Assembly (NCBI GenBank): GCA_963803045.1
Contig: CAWDLC010000015.1
Location: forward strand, 10,947 to 74,946
Length of the DNA stretch: 64,000 nucleotides
Source: Candidatus Binataceae bacterium
GTDB taxonomy: Bacteria; Desulfobacterota; Binatia; Binatales; Binataceae
Reading direction: 5' to 3'
In this document: positions 38,920 through 48,939 of the stretch, piece after piece
How the letters are laid out: every line of letters starts with the position of its first letter
How positions within the stretch are numbered: the first letter of the stretch is position 1
Made by a program: the position numbers and the translations under genes
Notes under the pieces: generated by a model
What the model was told of the DNA's origin: nothing
The model's database searches: none
Seen by the model: the letters and a program-made list of their open reading frames with translations, nothing else

Positions 38920-39702
38920 TCAGTCTTTGTCACCCTCGAGCGTCGCAACTATTCCCCGGGCGGTCTGAAAGTCAACGCCCAGGGATTTCATGCAGAGCTT
39001 CCACGCATCGGCATTATCGCGCTTGGCGATAAGCGCGAGCAGCTGCGACTTGAGCGGCTCCTGGACGCGCGCCATAGCCGCCTTGGCCCGTTCGCGACCG
39101 ACAGCCCGCATCTGCTGCAGCCTGGCAAACCGCTGCATCCCAAGTTCCGTTGGGCATGGCTGTACCTCGTACCACTGGCCATTTTCCTGCCCGATCGTTT
39201 GCTTCACCGTGGCGGTGCCGCCGTCCTGGGTTGGAAATTCCATTCCGATCAGATGAGTGGGCAGCATTGGGTAGGTGACGTACTTGGTCGCATTCATCAC
39301 ATTTGGCGGCAGCTTGGTAACCGTCAGGTGATAGTTCTTGGCAATCGGAAGATCGAATTGCCTTTTTATCCGGTCGTCGAGAAATTGCTGCTTGTCCGTG
39401 CCGATGCATTTCAGCGCGGACGGCGCGATCAGGCGCTTCATCGCGGCGAGATCTCTGGCGTAGACGGCGTCGACCAGCTTGCGCGCGAATTCCCGCTGCT
39501 GCGGGGTAGCAGTCTCAGGCTGCGTCGGTTGGGCAGAAACGCGGCCCGGCGTCGCTCCCGGTACCGGCGCTGCCGGCGCACGCATCGCCCAGGGCGATTC
39601 CTGCGGTGCGGCAGACTGCTGGGCGGTGGCCAGCGTGGCGAGCGCGGCGGCGGCACCCAGCGCAAGCAAGGCAAAAAATACCGTTCGCGAAGGCTTCGGC
39701 AT
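38920..39702 (-). CDS. secreted hypothetical protein
   Basis: 260 aa; signal peptide MPKPSRTVFFALLALGAAAALATLATAQQ; no recognisable domain. Confidence 0.45.
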   Translation of the reverse strand: MPKPSRTVFFALLALGAAAALATLATAQQSAAPQESPWAMRAPAAPVPGATPGRVSAQPTQPETATPQQREFARKLVDAVYARDLAAMKRLIAPSALKCIGTDKQQFLDDRIKRQFDLPIAKNYHLTVTKLPPNVMNATKYVTYPMLPTHLIGMEFPTQDGGTATVKQTIGQENGQWYEVQPCPTELGMQRFARLQQMRAVGRERAKAAMARVQEPLKSQLLALIAKRDNADAWKLCMKSLGVDFQTARGIVATLEGDKD

Positions 39703-39823
39703 CTCTCACTCCCTCATCGCAGAGTGCACGCGGGGTGCCACTGCGCAGTCAAATGGTCCTTCAATTTCACTTTTCACTGAATCGCGAAACACCTGCAAGC
39801 CGGTCGCGAAAGCGATGGCGAGA

Positions 39824-41950
39824 CTAATCTTTGTCGGGAATCGACTTCAATTGCTCGAGCCACGCGGTCGCTTCGCTGTCCGAAGGCGCGCGATAGTCGC
39901 CGCGCGGCGAGAGCGATCCGCCCGAACCAACCTTGGGCGCGTTCGGGATACAACTGCGCTTGAACTGGCTCAACTGGAAGAACCGATACAGAAACGTATG
40001 CAGATGTCCCTTGATGGTCGCGATGTCGTACTGGTTGCGGCGCTCGCGCGCAATGTCCGGCCACTCGCCCGCGTCCTTGTCGCGCCACGCATTGTAAGCG
40101 AGGAACGCGACCTTCGGCGGCGGGTATCCGAATCGCAGCGTGTAGTAGAGGAAGAAATCGTGCAGCTCGTAGGGGCCAATCGCCGCTTCGGTGTCGTGGC
40201 TGGGATGTCCGTCCTTCGAGGTGCCGGGGATCAGCTCGGGGCTGATTGGAGTGGCGAGAATCTCGAGCAACGTCGCGCTGGTTTTGCGGCCGAGGCTTTC
40301 AGTTTGCGCGAGCCATCGAATTACGTGCTGGATCAATGTTTTCGGCACGCTCGCATTGACGCTGTAATGAGACATGTGATCGCCGACGCCGTAGGTGCAC
40401 CATCCAAGCGCGAGCTCGCTCAAGTCGCCGGTGCCGACCACCAGCCCGCCGCGCAGGTTCGCCAGTCGAAAAAGGTGGCTGGTGCGCTCACCCGCCTGCA
40501 CGTTCTCGAACGTGACATCGTAAACTTCTTTGCCCTCGGCATAGGGATGCCCGATGTCTTTGAGCATCTGCATGCAACTCGGCCGAATGTCTATTTCATC
40601 GGTCGAGCAGCCGAGCGACTTCATCAGGCGGCGCGCCTGCTCGAGAGTTCGCGCGCTGGTGGCAAAACCGGGCATCGTGACGGCAAGAATATTTTTGCGC
40701 GGTGAGCCGAGCCGGTCCATCGCACGCGCGCATACCAGCAGCGCGTGGGTTGAATCGATTCCGCCCGAGATTCCAATCACGAGGCGTTGCAGGCCGGTCG
40801 AGCGCAGGCGCGTCGCCAGGCCTTGAACCTGGATGTCGAAGACTTCGGCACATCGCTCGTCACGAGTTGCGGGATCCGAGGGCACGTAAGGGAACCGCTC
40901 GTAGTGCCGCTGTGGAAGCATCTTCGCGCGCCGCGGCAATTCCGCCGAAAATGAAATCCGCCGAAAGCGCCGCACTCGCTCGCGCTCGCGCTGAGCCGTA
41001 TCACCGAACGTGTTTTGCCGCATCCGTTCCTGCGACAGCCGTTCGAGATCGATTTCCGCCGAGACCACTTGCGGCTGATCCTTGAAGCGCTCGGACTCGG
41101 CGACGATGTTGCCGTTCTCGGCGATCAATGCGTGGCCGTCCCAGGCCAGATCGGTCGTCGATTCACCCGCTCCGGCCGCGCAATATGCGTACGCCGCCAG
41201 GCATCGCGCGGATTGGCCGGTGACCAGCGAGCGGCGGTAGTCGGCCTTGCCGATCGTGATGTTCGACGCCGACAGGTTGAGCAGCACCGTCGCGCCGGCC
41301 AGCGCCGCGTATGATGACGGCGGAATCGGAACCCACAAGTCCTCGCAAATCTCGGCGTGAATCGTGAGCAGCGGCTGCTCCTCGTGCTGGAAGATGAGGT
41401 TGTTGCCGAACGGAACCGCGCGAATCCCGGCCAAGTCGATTTCGTCGCGGGTCGCGGCGTCGGCCGAGGCAAATTGCCGCGGCTCGTAGAACTCGCGGTA
41501 GTTCGGGAGATTCGTCTTCGGCACGACGCCAAGAATCCGCCCGCGATGAATCACGATCGCGCAGTTATACAGCTGATGATCGATCTGGAGCGGCGCTCCG
41601 ACCACGCTGACGATCGAAAGCTTCGCGGTCGCCTCGACGACCCCCGCGATTGCGTCAAGGCATGCGTCGAGCAGCGCGCGCTGCTGAAACAGATCGTCGC
41701 ATGAATAGGCAGTCAGCCCCAACTCGGGGAACAGTGCGAGCACTGCCTTGCGCTCGGCGGCATCGCGGATCAGCGTGACGGTATGTTCGGCGTTGTAAGC
41801 GGGATCTGCGACGCGAACGGACGGCACTCCAACCGCGATTCTGACGAAATCGTGATTGTAGAGATTGAAAAAGTTTCCGTTCCTGGTCACGTCGTCTCCC
41901 CGGGGTGCCGCACGGCAATCGACTCGACCTCCGCCGCCCATGCCAGCGCC
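39824..41950 (-). CDS. nadE: glutamine-dependent NAD+ synthetase (nitrilase + NadE domains); exact start uncertain
   Basis: N-terminal nitrilase (CN-hydrolase) domain (…VRIAVGVP…[12 protein letters not shown]…EICEDLWVP), C-terminal NAD synthetase domain with SGGIDS P-loop. Confidence 0.85.
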   Translation of the reverse strand, partial: GAGMGGGGRVDCRAAPRGDDVTRNGNFFNLYNHDFVRIAVGVPSVRVADPAYNAEHTVTLIRDAAERKAVLALFPELGLTAYSCDDLFQQRALLDACLDAIAGVVEATAKLSIVSVVGAPLQIDHQLYNCAIVIHRGRILGVVPKTNLPNYREFYEPRQFASADAATRDEIDLAGIRAVPFGNNLIFQHEEQPLLTIHAEICEDLWVPIPPSSYAALAGATVLLNLSASNITIGKADYRRSLVTGQSARCLAAYAYCAAGAGESTTDLAWDGHALIAENGNIVAESERFKDQPQVVSAEIDLERLSQERMRQNTFGDTAQRERERVRRFRRISFSAELPRRAKMLPQRHYERFPYVPSDPATRDERCAEVFDIQVQGLATRLRSTGLQRLVIGISGGIDSTHALLVCARAMDRLGSPRKNILAVTMPGFATSARTLEQARRLMKSLGCSTDEIDIRPSCMQMLKDIGHPYAEGKEVYDVTFENVQAGERTSHLFRLANLRGGLVVGTGDLSELALGWCTYGVGDHMSHYSVNASVPKTLIQHVIRWLAQTESLGRKTSATLLEILATPISPELIPGTSKDGHPSHDTEAAIGPYELHDFFLYYTLRFGYPPPKVAFLAYNAWRDKDAGEWPDIARERRNQYDIATIKGHLHTFLYRFFQLSQFKRSCIPNAPKVGSGGSLSPRGDYRAPSDSEATAWLEQLKSIPDKD

Positions 41951-42034
41951 CCTCTTAGGAAGACTGTGCCGATTGTCGGCGGCCGGTACAAGATTGCCCG
42001 AACGGACCACTCCACTTCTTTGCGAGGCCGAGCT

Positions 42035-42387
42035 TCAGTGCTCCTCCTTCTCCACGAACGCGCGGAGCCGGTCCAGCGCTGCGTCCCACTGCTGCGAAAT
42101 CTGATCCAGATACCGCCGTGCTTCGGAGAGCCGCTTCGTCCGGAGCTCCCAAATGCATTCGCGGCCGATGCGGGAACTGCGCGCGAGCCCGGCCCCTTCG
42201 AGGGCATGCAGGTGTTTCGTGATCGCCTGACGCGAAACAGTTGCGCCGTCTGCCAGCTGCACGATCGACAGGGGCCCGCCGCCGCACAGCCGAGCGACGA
42301 TGTGCAATCGAGTCTCGTCACCCAGTGCGGCGAAGACAGGCGCGGCCTCGGCAAGTTTCGCGGCGGCGGAAGTGCGCATTCGCGACA
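42035..42387 (-). CDS. ArsR/SmtB-family transcriptional regulator
   Basis: 117 aa; …LGDETRLHIVARLCGGGPLSIVQLADGATVSRQAITKHLHALEGAGL… is the ArsR wHTH. Confidence 0.8.
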
Positions 42388-42405
42388 TGGCTTCACGGTA
42401 ACCGT

Positions 42406-42900
42406 TCAGGCCGAGAGGGCCAGGTACTTCTCGATCAGCTTCGTTTGCGCGGTCCAGCCCTGCTCGTTGCTGGCAAACGCCTTGGCGCGCCGTTCGAGCG
42501 GGATCCGGTCGAAACCCGACTCGGTGATGGTCAGCATCGTGCCGCCCGAGACCTCTTCCAGCTCGAATGCAACCAGCGTGGTTGGCTCTTTCGAGTAGTC
42601 GGCGCCGGGCTCCACGGCAAACGGATGCCAGCGGAAGGAGAAGAACCGCATCGGTTCGACACGGTCGATCGAGATCGTGAACGCCTTCCCTTCGTATGGT
42701 TTCTGGCTCTTGGCGACTTCTGCGTCCACGGTCGTCGGAACAATTCTTCCGGTCATGCCGGTCCCCGCCAGGAAGGGGCCGTCGAACTCGACGCCGAACC
42801 AACTGCCGAACTGCCTGGAGTCGCTGATCGCGCGCCACACGCGCTCGCGCGATCCGCGCAACAGGACCTTCTTCTCGATGCGATCGGTGTTTGTCGTCAT
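42406..42900 (-). CDS. SRPBCC/AHSA1-family protein
   Basis: 165 aa, MTTNTDRIEKKVLLRGSRERVWRAISDSRQFGSWFGVEFDG…; commonly paired with ArsR regulators. Confidence 0.7.
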   Translation of the reverse strand: MTTNTDRIEKKVLLRGSRERVWRAISDSRQFGSWFGVEFDGPFLAGTGMTGRIVPTTVDAEVAKSQKPYEGKAFTISIDRVEPMRFFSFRWHPFAVEPGADYSKEPTTLVAFELEEVSGGTMLTITESGFDRIPLERRAKAFASNEQGWTAQTKLIEKYLALSA

Positions 42901-43106
42901 GTGCAACCTCCGAGTTGCGCTTAGGCTAACACCGCTCGCGGCGAAACGCAACCCAATGGTTGCAGTCGCTGCGCGCCGAACAGTGGTCCATCGCGTGCGC
43001 CGAATGCGCCCTTGCCTGCCATTGTCCAACGGGTCAATCATTGCAAAAGGGGGTAGCGGATTCGGAGCCCGCAGCGAATCGAAACGCCGTCGAGGGAGGA
43101 ATCGCG

Positions 43107-43715
43107 ATGCCAGCAAAGCCAGCAGATGACCGAAACGGGAACAGGCGCGTCGTGCCCGCGAAATTCGCCCATGCCGTGCTTGCCACCAAGCAATTCCAGC
43201 CGATGGTCGATTGGTACACGAGGGTGCTGCAGGCCGAGGTCGTTCACAGCAACGGCATGCTCACGTTCCTTACCTACGACGACGAGCATCACCGGATTGC
43301 AATCGCCGCAGTGCCCGGACTGGCGGACAAACCACCGCACTCGGTGGGGCTGGACCATCTGGCATTCACCTACGCGAATCTCGGCGACCTGGTTTTCACT
43401 TACGAACGGCTCAAGCAGGCCGGTATCCTGCCCGTCATGACGATCAATCACGGACCGACCACGTCGCTGTACTATCGCGACCCCGACGGCAACCGGGTCG
43501 AGCTGCAGATCGACAATTTCGATTCGGTCGAAGAGCTGAAAGAATTCTTCCACAGCGATGCGATGCAGAAGAATCCGATAGGCGTGACCTTCAACCCCGA
43601 CGAACTCGCGCGCGACTATCACGCCGGCGTGCCCGAGTCTGAACTCAAGCAGTACGATGCCGCCAAGGGACTCGACCGCGCAACGATGCGGCACCCGACC
43701 GGCATCAATCGATAA
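43107..43715 (+). CDS. VOC-family (glyoxalase/extradiol dioxygenase-like) protein
   Basis: ATG 43107 after GGGAGGAATCGCG; …GLDHLAFTYANLGDLVFTYERLKQAGILPV…DPDGNRVEL. Confidence 0.7.
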   Translation: MPAKPADDRNGNRRVVPAKFAHAVLATKQFQPMVDWYTRVLQAEVVHSNGMLTFLTYDDEHHRIAIAAVPGLADKPPHSVGLDHLAFTYANLGDLVFTYERLKQAGILPVMTINHGPTTSLYYRDPDGNRVELQIDNFDSVEELKEFFHSDAMQKNPIGVTFNPDELARDYHAGVPESELKQYDAAKGLDRATMRHPTGINR

Positions 43716-43758
43716 TTCGAAAATAGTCTGACCGAACAATCGGAGTGGCTGGAGCCGA

Positions 43759-44634
43759 ATGAAACTTGCGACATTCACCCATCGCGGCACGACGCGGATT
43801 GGCGTCGTCGTCGATGACTCTATCGTTGACCTTGCCGCCGCGGCCCCCGAGTTGCCGCGCGACATGACCGCCTTCATCGTGGCAGGGCCGCCGGCGGCCG
43901 AGCGCGCGATGGGCGCGGGAAAGAATTCGACCAACCGGATTGCGCTGGCGAGCGTCAAGCTCGAGGCGCCGATCGCGCGCCCCCCGGAGTTTCTCGCCAT
44001 CGGGCTCAACTACGCGGACCACGTCGAAGAAACGAAGATGAAGCGTCCCGAGTTTCCGATGTTCTTCAACAAACAATCGAGTTGTGTGACCGGACCGTAC
44101 GATCCGATTCATCTGCCGCGCGCGTCATCGGCGTTGGATTACGAAGGCGAACTCGGGTTCGTGATCGGCCGGCGATGCCGCCACGTGCCGCGCGATCGCG
44201 CGCACGAGGTAATCGCCGGTTACGTGATCGTAAACGACGTGAGCGTGCGTGATTGGCAGCGCCGCGCGCCGACGATGACGCTGGGCAAGTCGTTCGATAC
44301 CCACGGGCCGGTTGGCCCATGGATCGTAACACCGGACGAGATTGGCGACCCGCACAAGCTGGACCTGCGCACGTTCGTCAACGGCGAACAGCGCCAGCAT
44401 TCGAATACGAAGAATCTGATCTTCGATTGCTTCGCACAGATCGAGACGCTGTCGACGGTTTTTACCTTGTTGCCGGGGACGATCGTTTCGACGGGCACGC
44501 CCGGCGGAGTGGCTGCCGCGATGAATCCGCCCAAATGGCTCAAGGCGGGCGACGTGGTCCGAATCGAGATCGAGAAAATCGGCAAGCTCGAAAACAAGGT
44601 GATCGAGGAACCGGCCAGCACCGATTTAATCTAG
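43759..44634 (+). CDS. fumarylacetoacetate hydrolase (FAH) family protein
   Basis: 291 aa; FAH-family motifs (…NYADHVEE…, DYEGELGFVIGRRC, GTIVSTGTPGGV). Confidence 0.85.
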   Translation: MKLATFTHRGTTRIGVVVDDSIVDLAAAAPELPRDMTAFIVAGPPAAERAMGAGKNSTNRIALASVKLEAPIARPPEFLAIGLNYADHVEETKMKRPEFPMFFNKQSSCVTGPYDPIHLPRASSALDYEGELGFVIGRRCRHVPRDRAHEVIAGYVIVNDVSVRDWQRRAPTMTLGKSFDTHGPVGPWIVTPDEIGDPHKLDLRTFVNGEQRQHSNTKNLIFDCFAQIETLSTVFTLLPGTIVSTGTPGGVAAAMNPPKWLKAGDVVRIEIEKIGKLENKVIEEPASTDLI

Positions 44635-45182
44635 CAGATTGTTGCAGTAATTCTACAATTTGTAGCTCTAGGTTGACTGATGGCGGGAGCGCGCCGCCTA
44701 TTCGGGTGTTATTGATCAATTGCTGGTGGCACATTAATTGCTTGCCCTAGGGACGGGGGGCGGCGGTTGGGATGAGCGGGATGAAGGGCGTCAACGCACA
44801 GGGAGGGCGCGAGGATGCTGTCAGCGACGTCAAATGGAATCCGCTATTCGGCAGATGAGATAAGCCAGGCAAGATCCTCGCGCCCTGGAAAACTGACCCG
44901 CCTGCTCCTTAAATTTCGTCCACTCTGGCAGGGAGACTACGGTCTCCAGAAGCCGCGCCGCTCGATCGACCGCGAGTTGCAAGAGCGCGAGCCGACGGAT
45001 TTGCTGTAGTTGAGCAGGCTGCGTCTCTTCGCCCTGTCATTTGCGCAATAACCCGAAAGAATCGTCATCCCCGATCTTGAATTCCGAGTCATCCAGATTG
45101 CAAGGGCGAAACCCTTCTGCACAAGGCAAGCTCGAAAACAAGGTGATCGAGGAACCGGCCAGCATCGATTTAGTCTGAGCAG
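44581..45182 (+). repeat. 57-bp direct repeats (3-prime end of the FAH gene) flanking a 487-bp insert
   Basis: GGCAAGCTCGAAAACAAGGTGATCGAGGAACCGGCCAGCA(C/T)CGATTTA(A/G)TCT(A/GA)GCAG at 44581-44637 and 45125-45182; intervening 44638-45124 has no strong-homology ORF. Confidence 0.6.
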
Positions 45183-45200
45183 GGCCGCGCGCGGCGCCGG

Positions 45201-45407
45201 CTAATCCTTCTCAATCATGACCTCGGTCGCTTTGATCACCGCCGCCACCTTGTCGCCCTTCTTGAGTTTGAGTTCCTCGGCGCTGCGCTTGGTGATCACC
45301 GACTCGATCACGTTGTTGCCGACCTTGACGGTGATCAGCGCCGTCACGGTTCCAAGCAACACGTCCGTTACTTCGCCCTTCAAATGATTGCGCGCGCTCA
45401 GCGCCAT
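45201..45407 (-). CDS. Mop/TOBE molybdate-binding domain protein
   Basis: 68 aa, MALSARNHLKGEVTDVLLGTVTALITVKVGNNVIESVITKRSAEELKLKKGDKVAAVIKATEVMIEKD. Confidence 0.7.
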   Translation of the reverse strand: MALSARNHLKGEVTDVLLGTVTALITVKVGNNVIESVITKRSAEELKLKKGDKVAAVIKATEVMIEKD

Positions 45408-45420
45408 CTGTCTGCTCCTT

Positions 45421-45921
45421 TCAGTCGATTCTTCCGTGTATTGCGCAACTCGGCGCGATACCCGTCCGCTCGTAATAGCGCTGGTGATGCTCCTCGGCGC
45501 GGTAGAACTCCGTCGCAGGCACGATCTGCGTGACGATCGGGCGCGCGAGTTTGCCGGATTCATCGATCCGCCGTTTCGATTCCTCCGCGGCCATCCGCTC
45601 GTGCTCATCGGAATAAAAAATTATTGAGCGGTATTGGGTGCCGGCGTCGGGTCCTTGCCGGTTGAGCGTGGTGGGGTCGTGAATCTGCCAAAAAACTTCC
45701 AACAGTTGCTCGTACGATACCCGCGCGGGGTCGTACTCCACCTGCACGACTTCCGCGTGTCCCGTCTTGCCACTGCAAACCGCTCGATAGTTCGGCTTTG
45801 GAACACTGCCGCCGGCGTATCCCACGACCGCATCGACGACCCCTTCGACCCCGCGAAAAGCCGATTCCACGCCCCAGAAGCATCCGGCGCCGAATGTCGC
45901 GATTTTGTTCTTCTTCGCCAT
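45421..45921 (-). CDS. msrA: peptide methionine sulfoxide reductase MsrA
   Basis: …ATFGAGCFWGVESAFRGVEGV…GHAEVVQVEYDP… canonical MsrA. Confidence 0.9.
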   Translation of the reverse strand: MAKKNKIATFGAGCFWGVESAFRGVEGVVDAVVGYAGGSVPKPNYRAVCSGKTGHAEVVQVEYDPARVSYEQLLEVFWQIHDPTTLNRQGPDAGTQYRSIIFYSDEHERMAAEESKRRIDESGKLARPIVTQIVPATEFYRAEEHHQRYYERTGIAPSCAIHGRID

Positions 45922-46085
45922 TGGCTTACTTAACGATGAGCGTCAGCGCGAATCAATGCTCGCCTGGGTGAAATCGCTGCCGCCACTGTGCGACCGTGCA
46001 AAACTGTGCAATTATTCAAGCACTATGACAAGTATTATGGCAGCTAAAAAGCTTTGACAATCGGCACAAACGCGGGCGGCGATTC

Positions 46086-46925
46086 ATGAATCAGGTCCTT
46101 GATGGGAAGCGCGCAAAGATCGTTTTGCGGGCGCTTTTCGCTCTTGCAACTTTTCTTTATATGTGGTTCCCCGCCGTGGCCGGCGCCGCGGAAATCAAGG
46201 TCGCTGCGGCGGCAGACCTGACGTTCGCGTTCAAGGACGTCGCCGCCCGATTTCAAAAGGAAACCGGCAACAACATCGAGCTCACCTATGGTTCATCCGG
46301 GAATTTTTTCGCCCAGATTCAAAATGGCGCACCGTTCGATCTGTTCTTTTCCGCTGACGTTGGCTATCCGGAAAAGCTCGAGGCCGCGGGCCTGGCTGAA
46401 CCCGGCACCATCTACGAATATGCGAGCGGAAAACTCGTGATGTGGGCTCCCAGCGCGTCGAAGCTCGACTTAAGCCGCGGTCTTGCGACGCTGCTCGATC
46501 CAGCCATCCGAAAGATCGCGATCGCCAACCCGCAACATGCGCCGTACGGGATCGCGGCGGTTGCGGCGATGCGCCACGCGGCGGTTTACGACAAGATCAA
46601 AAGTAAGCTCGTGCTCGGCGAAAATATCTCGCAGACTGCTCAGTTCGTTCAATCCGGCAACGCCGACGTCGGCATCATCGCGCTCTCGCTTGCGCTCGCG
46701 CCCGCGATGAAGGACAACGGACGATACGTCGAAATCCCGGCCGCCGATTATCCGCCGCTCATCCAGGCCGGCGTGATTCTGAAATCATCGCGCAACAAGC
46801 AACTGGCAAGCCAGTTTCTGAAATTTCTCAAGGAGCCCGAGACTGTGGCACTGATGGAGCGATATGGTTTCTCGGTTCCGAAGGACGTCGTTGCGGCGCA
46901 AGGCAAAGTGTCCGCGCCGCGTTGA
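46086..46925 (+). CDS. modA: molybdate ABC transporter substrate-binding protein
   Basis: 279 aa with signal peptide; …KVAAAADLTFAF…YGSSGNFFAQIQNGAPFDLFFSAD… ModA pattern; followed by modB/modC. Confidence 0.85.
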   Translation: MNQVLDGKRAKIVLRALFALATFLYMWFPAVAGAAEIKVAAAADLTFAFKDVAARFQKETGNNIELTYGSSGNFFAQIQNGAPFDLFFSADVGYPEKLEAAGLAEPGTIYEYASGKLVMWAPSASKLDLSRGLATLLDPAIRKIAIANPQHAPYGIAAVAAMRHAAVYDKIKSKLVLGENISQTAQFVQSGNADVGIIALSLALAPAMKDNGRYVEIPAADYPPLIQAGVILKSSRNKQLASQFLKFLKEPETVALMERYGFSVPKDVVAAQGKVSAPR

Positions 46926-46931
46926 CCACCG

Positions 46932-47609
46932 ATGGATTGGAGCGCGATTTTCCTGACCATCCGACTCGCGTTGGTCGTTTGCGCAATTTTGCTGGTGGTC
47001 GGCACGCCCATCGCATGCTGGCTCAGCTTCACCCGCTGGCGATGGAAATTTTTCGTCGAATCTATCGTCGCGCTGCCGCTGGTGCTTCCGCCAACCGTGC
47101 TCGGTTTTTATGTGCTGGTCGCGATGGGTTCGAACAGCCCGATCGGCCGCTGGTATCAGTCCTTCACGGGCCACGGATTGCCGTTCACATTCGAAGGTCT
47201 TGCGATCGCGTCGGTCATCTACAGCCTGCCCTTTGCGGTCCAGCCGATGGCGGCCGCGTTCTCGCAGGTGGATCGCAACTTGATCAACGCGTCGTCGATA
47301 CTCGGCGCCTCGCGGATTCGCACTTTCATTCGCATCGTGCTCCCGCTTTCGGTGGGCGGCGTGGTCACCGGTTTCGTGCTGAGCTTCGCGCACACGCTGG
47401 GCGAGTTCGGCGTGGTACTGATGGTGGGCGGCAACATCCCGGGCGTGACGCGAACGGTCTCAATCGCGATTTACGATCATGTGCAGGCGCTCGACTACGC
47501 CGGCGCCAATCGCATGGCGCTTCTGCTGATGGCGTTTTCGTTCGTCACGCTGTCGATCACCTATTCGCTCAACCGCCGAATCTGGGCCGTCTGGCCGATG
47601 CATCGTTAG
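46932..47609 (+). CDS. modB: molybdate ABC transporter permease
   Basis: 225 aa; ModB-like permease with EAA-like loop. Confidence 0.85.
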   Translation: MDWSAIFLTIRLALVVCAILLVVGTPIACWLSFTRWRWKFFVESIVALPLVLPPTVLGFYVLVAMGSNSPIGRWYQSFTGHGLPFTFEGLAIASVIYSLPFAVQPMAAAFSQVDRNLINASSILGASRIRTFIRIVLPLSVGGVVTGFVLSFAHTLGEFGVVLMVGGNIPGVTRTVSIAIYDHVQALDYAGANRMALLLMAFSFVTLSITYSLNRRIWAVWPMHR

Positions 47610-47773
47610 CAGGGTGTTGAAAAACTTGGGGCAACTCGTGGGTTCGATTTCAAGCGCTTCAACACCCTGCGTAAAAGCTGTCTTCTTACTTACAACATCT
47701 CCCCCTTTGGGGGAGACAAGAGAGAGGGAGCAGGCGTTGAAAATTACTTTTTCAACAGCCTGCTAGCGGCCGG

Positions 47774-48919
47774 TTGGGAACGATGGCATCCGGCAACAGT
47801 GCTACATCCGGCGCCCGTCTATCGGTTCGCATAACGCATCGGCTCTCGAACAGCTTCGCGCTCGAGGCCGAATTCGAGGCGTCGGCCGGCTTCACGATGA
47901 TCCTTGGGCCGTCGGGCAGCGGAAAGACGACCATCCTGAATTGCATTGCGGGATTGGCGCGGCCGGATGCCGGGCGGATATCTCTCGGCGCGCGAGTGCT
48001 CTTCGATTCGGATGCGCGCATCGACACGCCGGTGGCGGAGCGCCGATTGGGATACGTGTTTCAAAACCTCGCGCTGTTTCCTCATCTGACGGTCGAGCAA
48101 AACGTTCAATACGGGATCGCGAAGGTGCAGGCCGGCGAGCGGCGCGCGCGAATGATGAGGATGCTCGAGTCGTTTCGCATCGCGCATCTGATCGCACGCA
48201 AGCCCAATGAGATTTCCGGCGGCGAGCGCCAACGCGTGGCGCTCGCGCGATCGCTCGTGACAAATCCCGCGACGCTGATGCTCGACGAGCCGCTGGTCGC
48301 GCTCGACAACGGGACCCGGTCGAAAATTCTCGATGACCTGCGCGACTGGAATGCGGACCACGCAATTCCAATCCTGTACGTCACGCATTCGCCCGAGGAA
48401 GCGTTCGCACTCGGCGAGCGGGTGTTAGTGCTCGAATCGGGACGCATTCTCGCCCAAGGGATGCCGCAAGACGTGCTCGCGGCGCCGCGCCATGAAACGA
48501 TCGCGCAGCTAGTCGGCTTCGAAAACGTCTTTGACGCGACGGTGAAATCCATCGCGGAGGCTCACGGCACGATGCTCTGTCAGTTGGACGGCAGCGCAAC
48601 TCGACTGGAAGTGCCGCTCGGCCGCGCGGAGCCGGGAGCGCGGGTGCGAATCGCAATTCGCGCCGGCGATATCATCATTGCCGCCGAGCGGCCGCATGGT
48701 CTAAGTGCGCGCAACTCATTTCCGGGACGAGTCCTATCGATGCGCCGCGAAGGCGTGACCGTGATCGTCATGATCGATGCGGGGGGCGCGGCGTTCGAGG
48801 TTCATCTGACGCCGGGCGCCATCGACGCGTTGCGAATCAAGGAAGGGAAAGAGGTGTGGCTGGTGATCAAGACCTACTCGTGCAATTTGGTCGAGCCTTC
48901 TGTGGTAGAGAAGGATTGA
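47774..48919 (+). CDS. modC: molybdate ABC transporter ATPase with C-terminal TOBE domain
   Basis: Walker A GPSGSGKTT, signature ISGGERQRVALARSL, Walker B LMLDEP; C-terminal TOBE-like domain. Confidence 0.85.
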   Translation: MGTMASGNSATSGARLSVRITHRLSNSFALEAEFEASAGFTMILGPSGSGKTTILNCIAGLARPDAGRISLGARVLFDSDARIDTPVAERRLGYVFQNLALFPHLTVEQNVQYGIAKVQAGERRARMMRMLESFRIAHLIARKPNEISGGERQRVALARSLVTNPATLMLDEPLVALDNGTRSKILDDLRDWNADHAIPILYVTHSPEEAFALGERVLVLESGRILAQGMPQDVLAAPRHETIAQLVGFENVFDATVKSIAEAHGTMLCQLDGSATRLEVPLGRAEPGARVRIAIRAGDIIIAAERPHGLSARNSFPGRVLSMRREGVTVIVMIDAGGAAFEVHLTPGAIDALRIKEGKEVWLVIKTYSCNLVEPSVVEKD

Positions 48920-48939
48920 ATCTCGCCGACCGAACCGGA

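Noticed and set aside
39479-40705. 408-aa plus-strand ORF
   Set aside because: Antisense to the NadE gene; Arg/Ala-rich.
39824-42010. NadE as the missing lasso-peptide cyclase (Asn-synthetase homolog)
   Set aside because: The protein has a nitrilase domain plus NAD-synthetase SGGIDS P-loop, i.e. glutamine-dependent NAD+ synthetase, not an AsnB-like cyclase.
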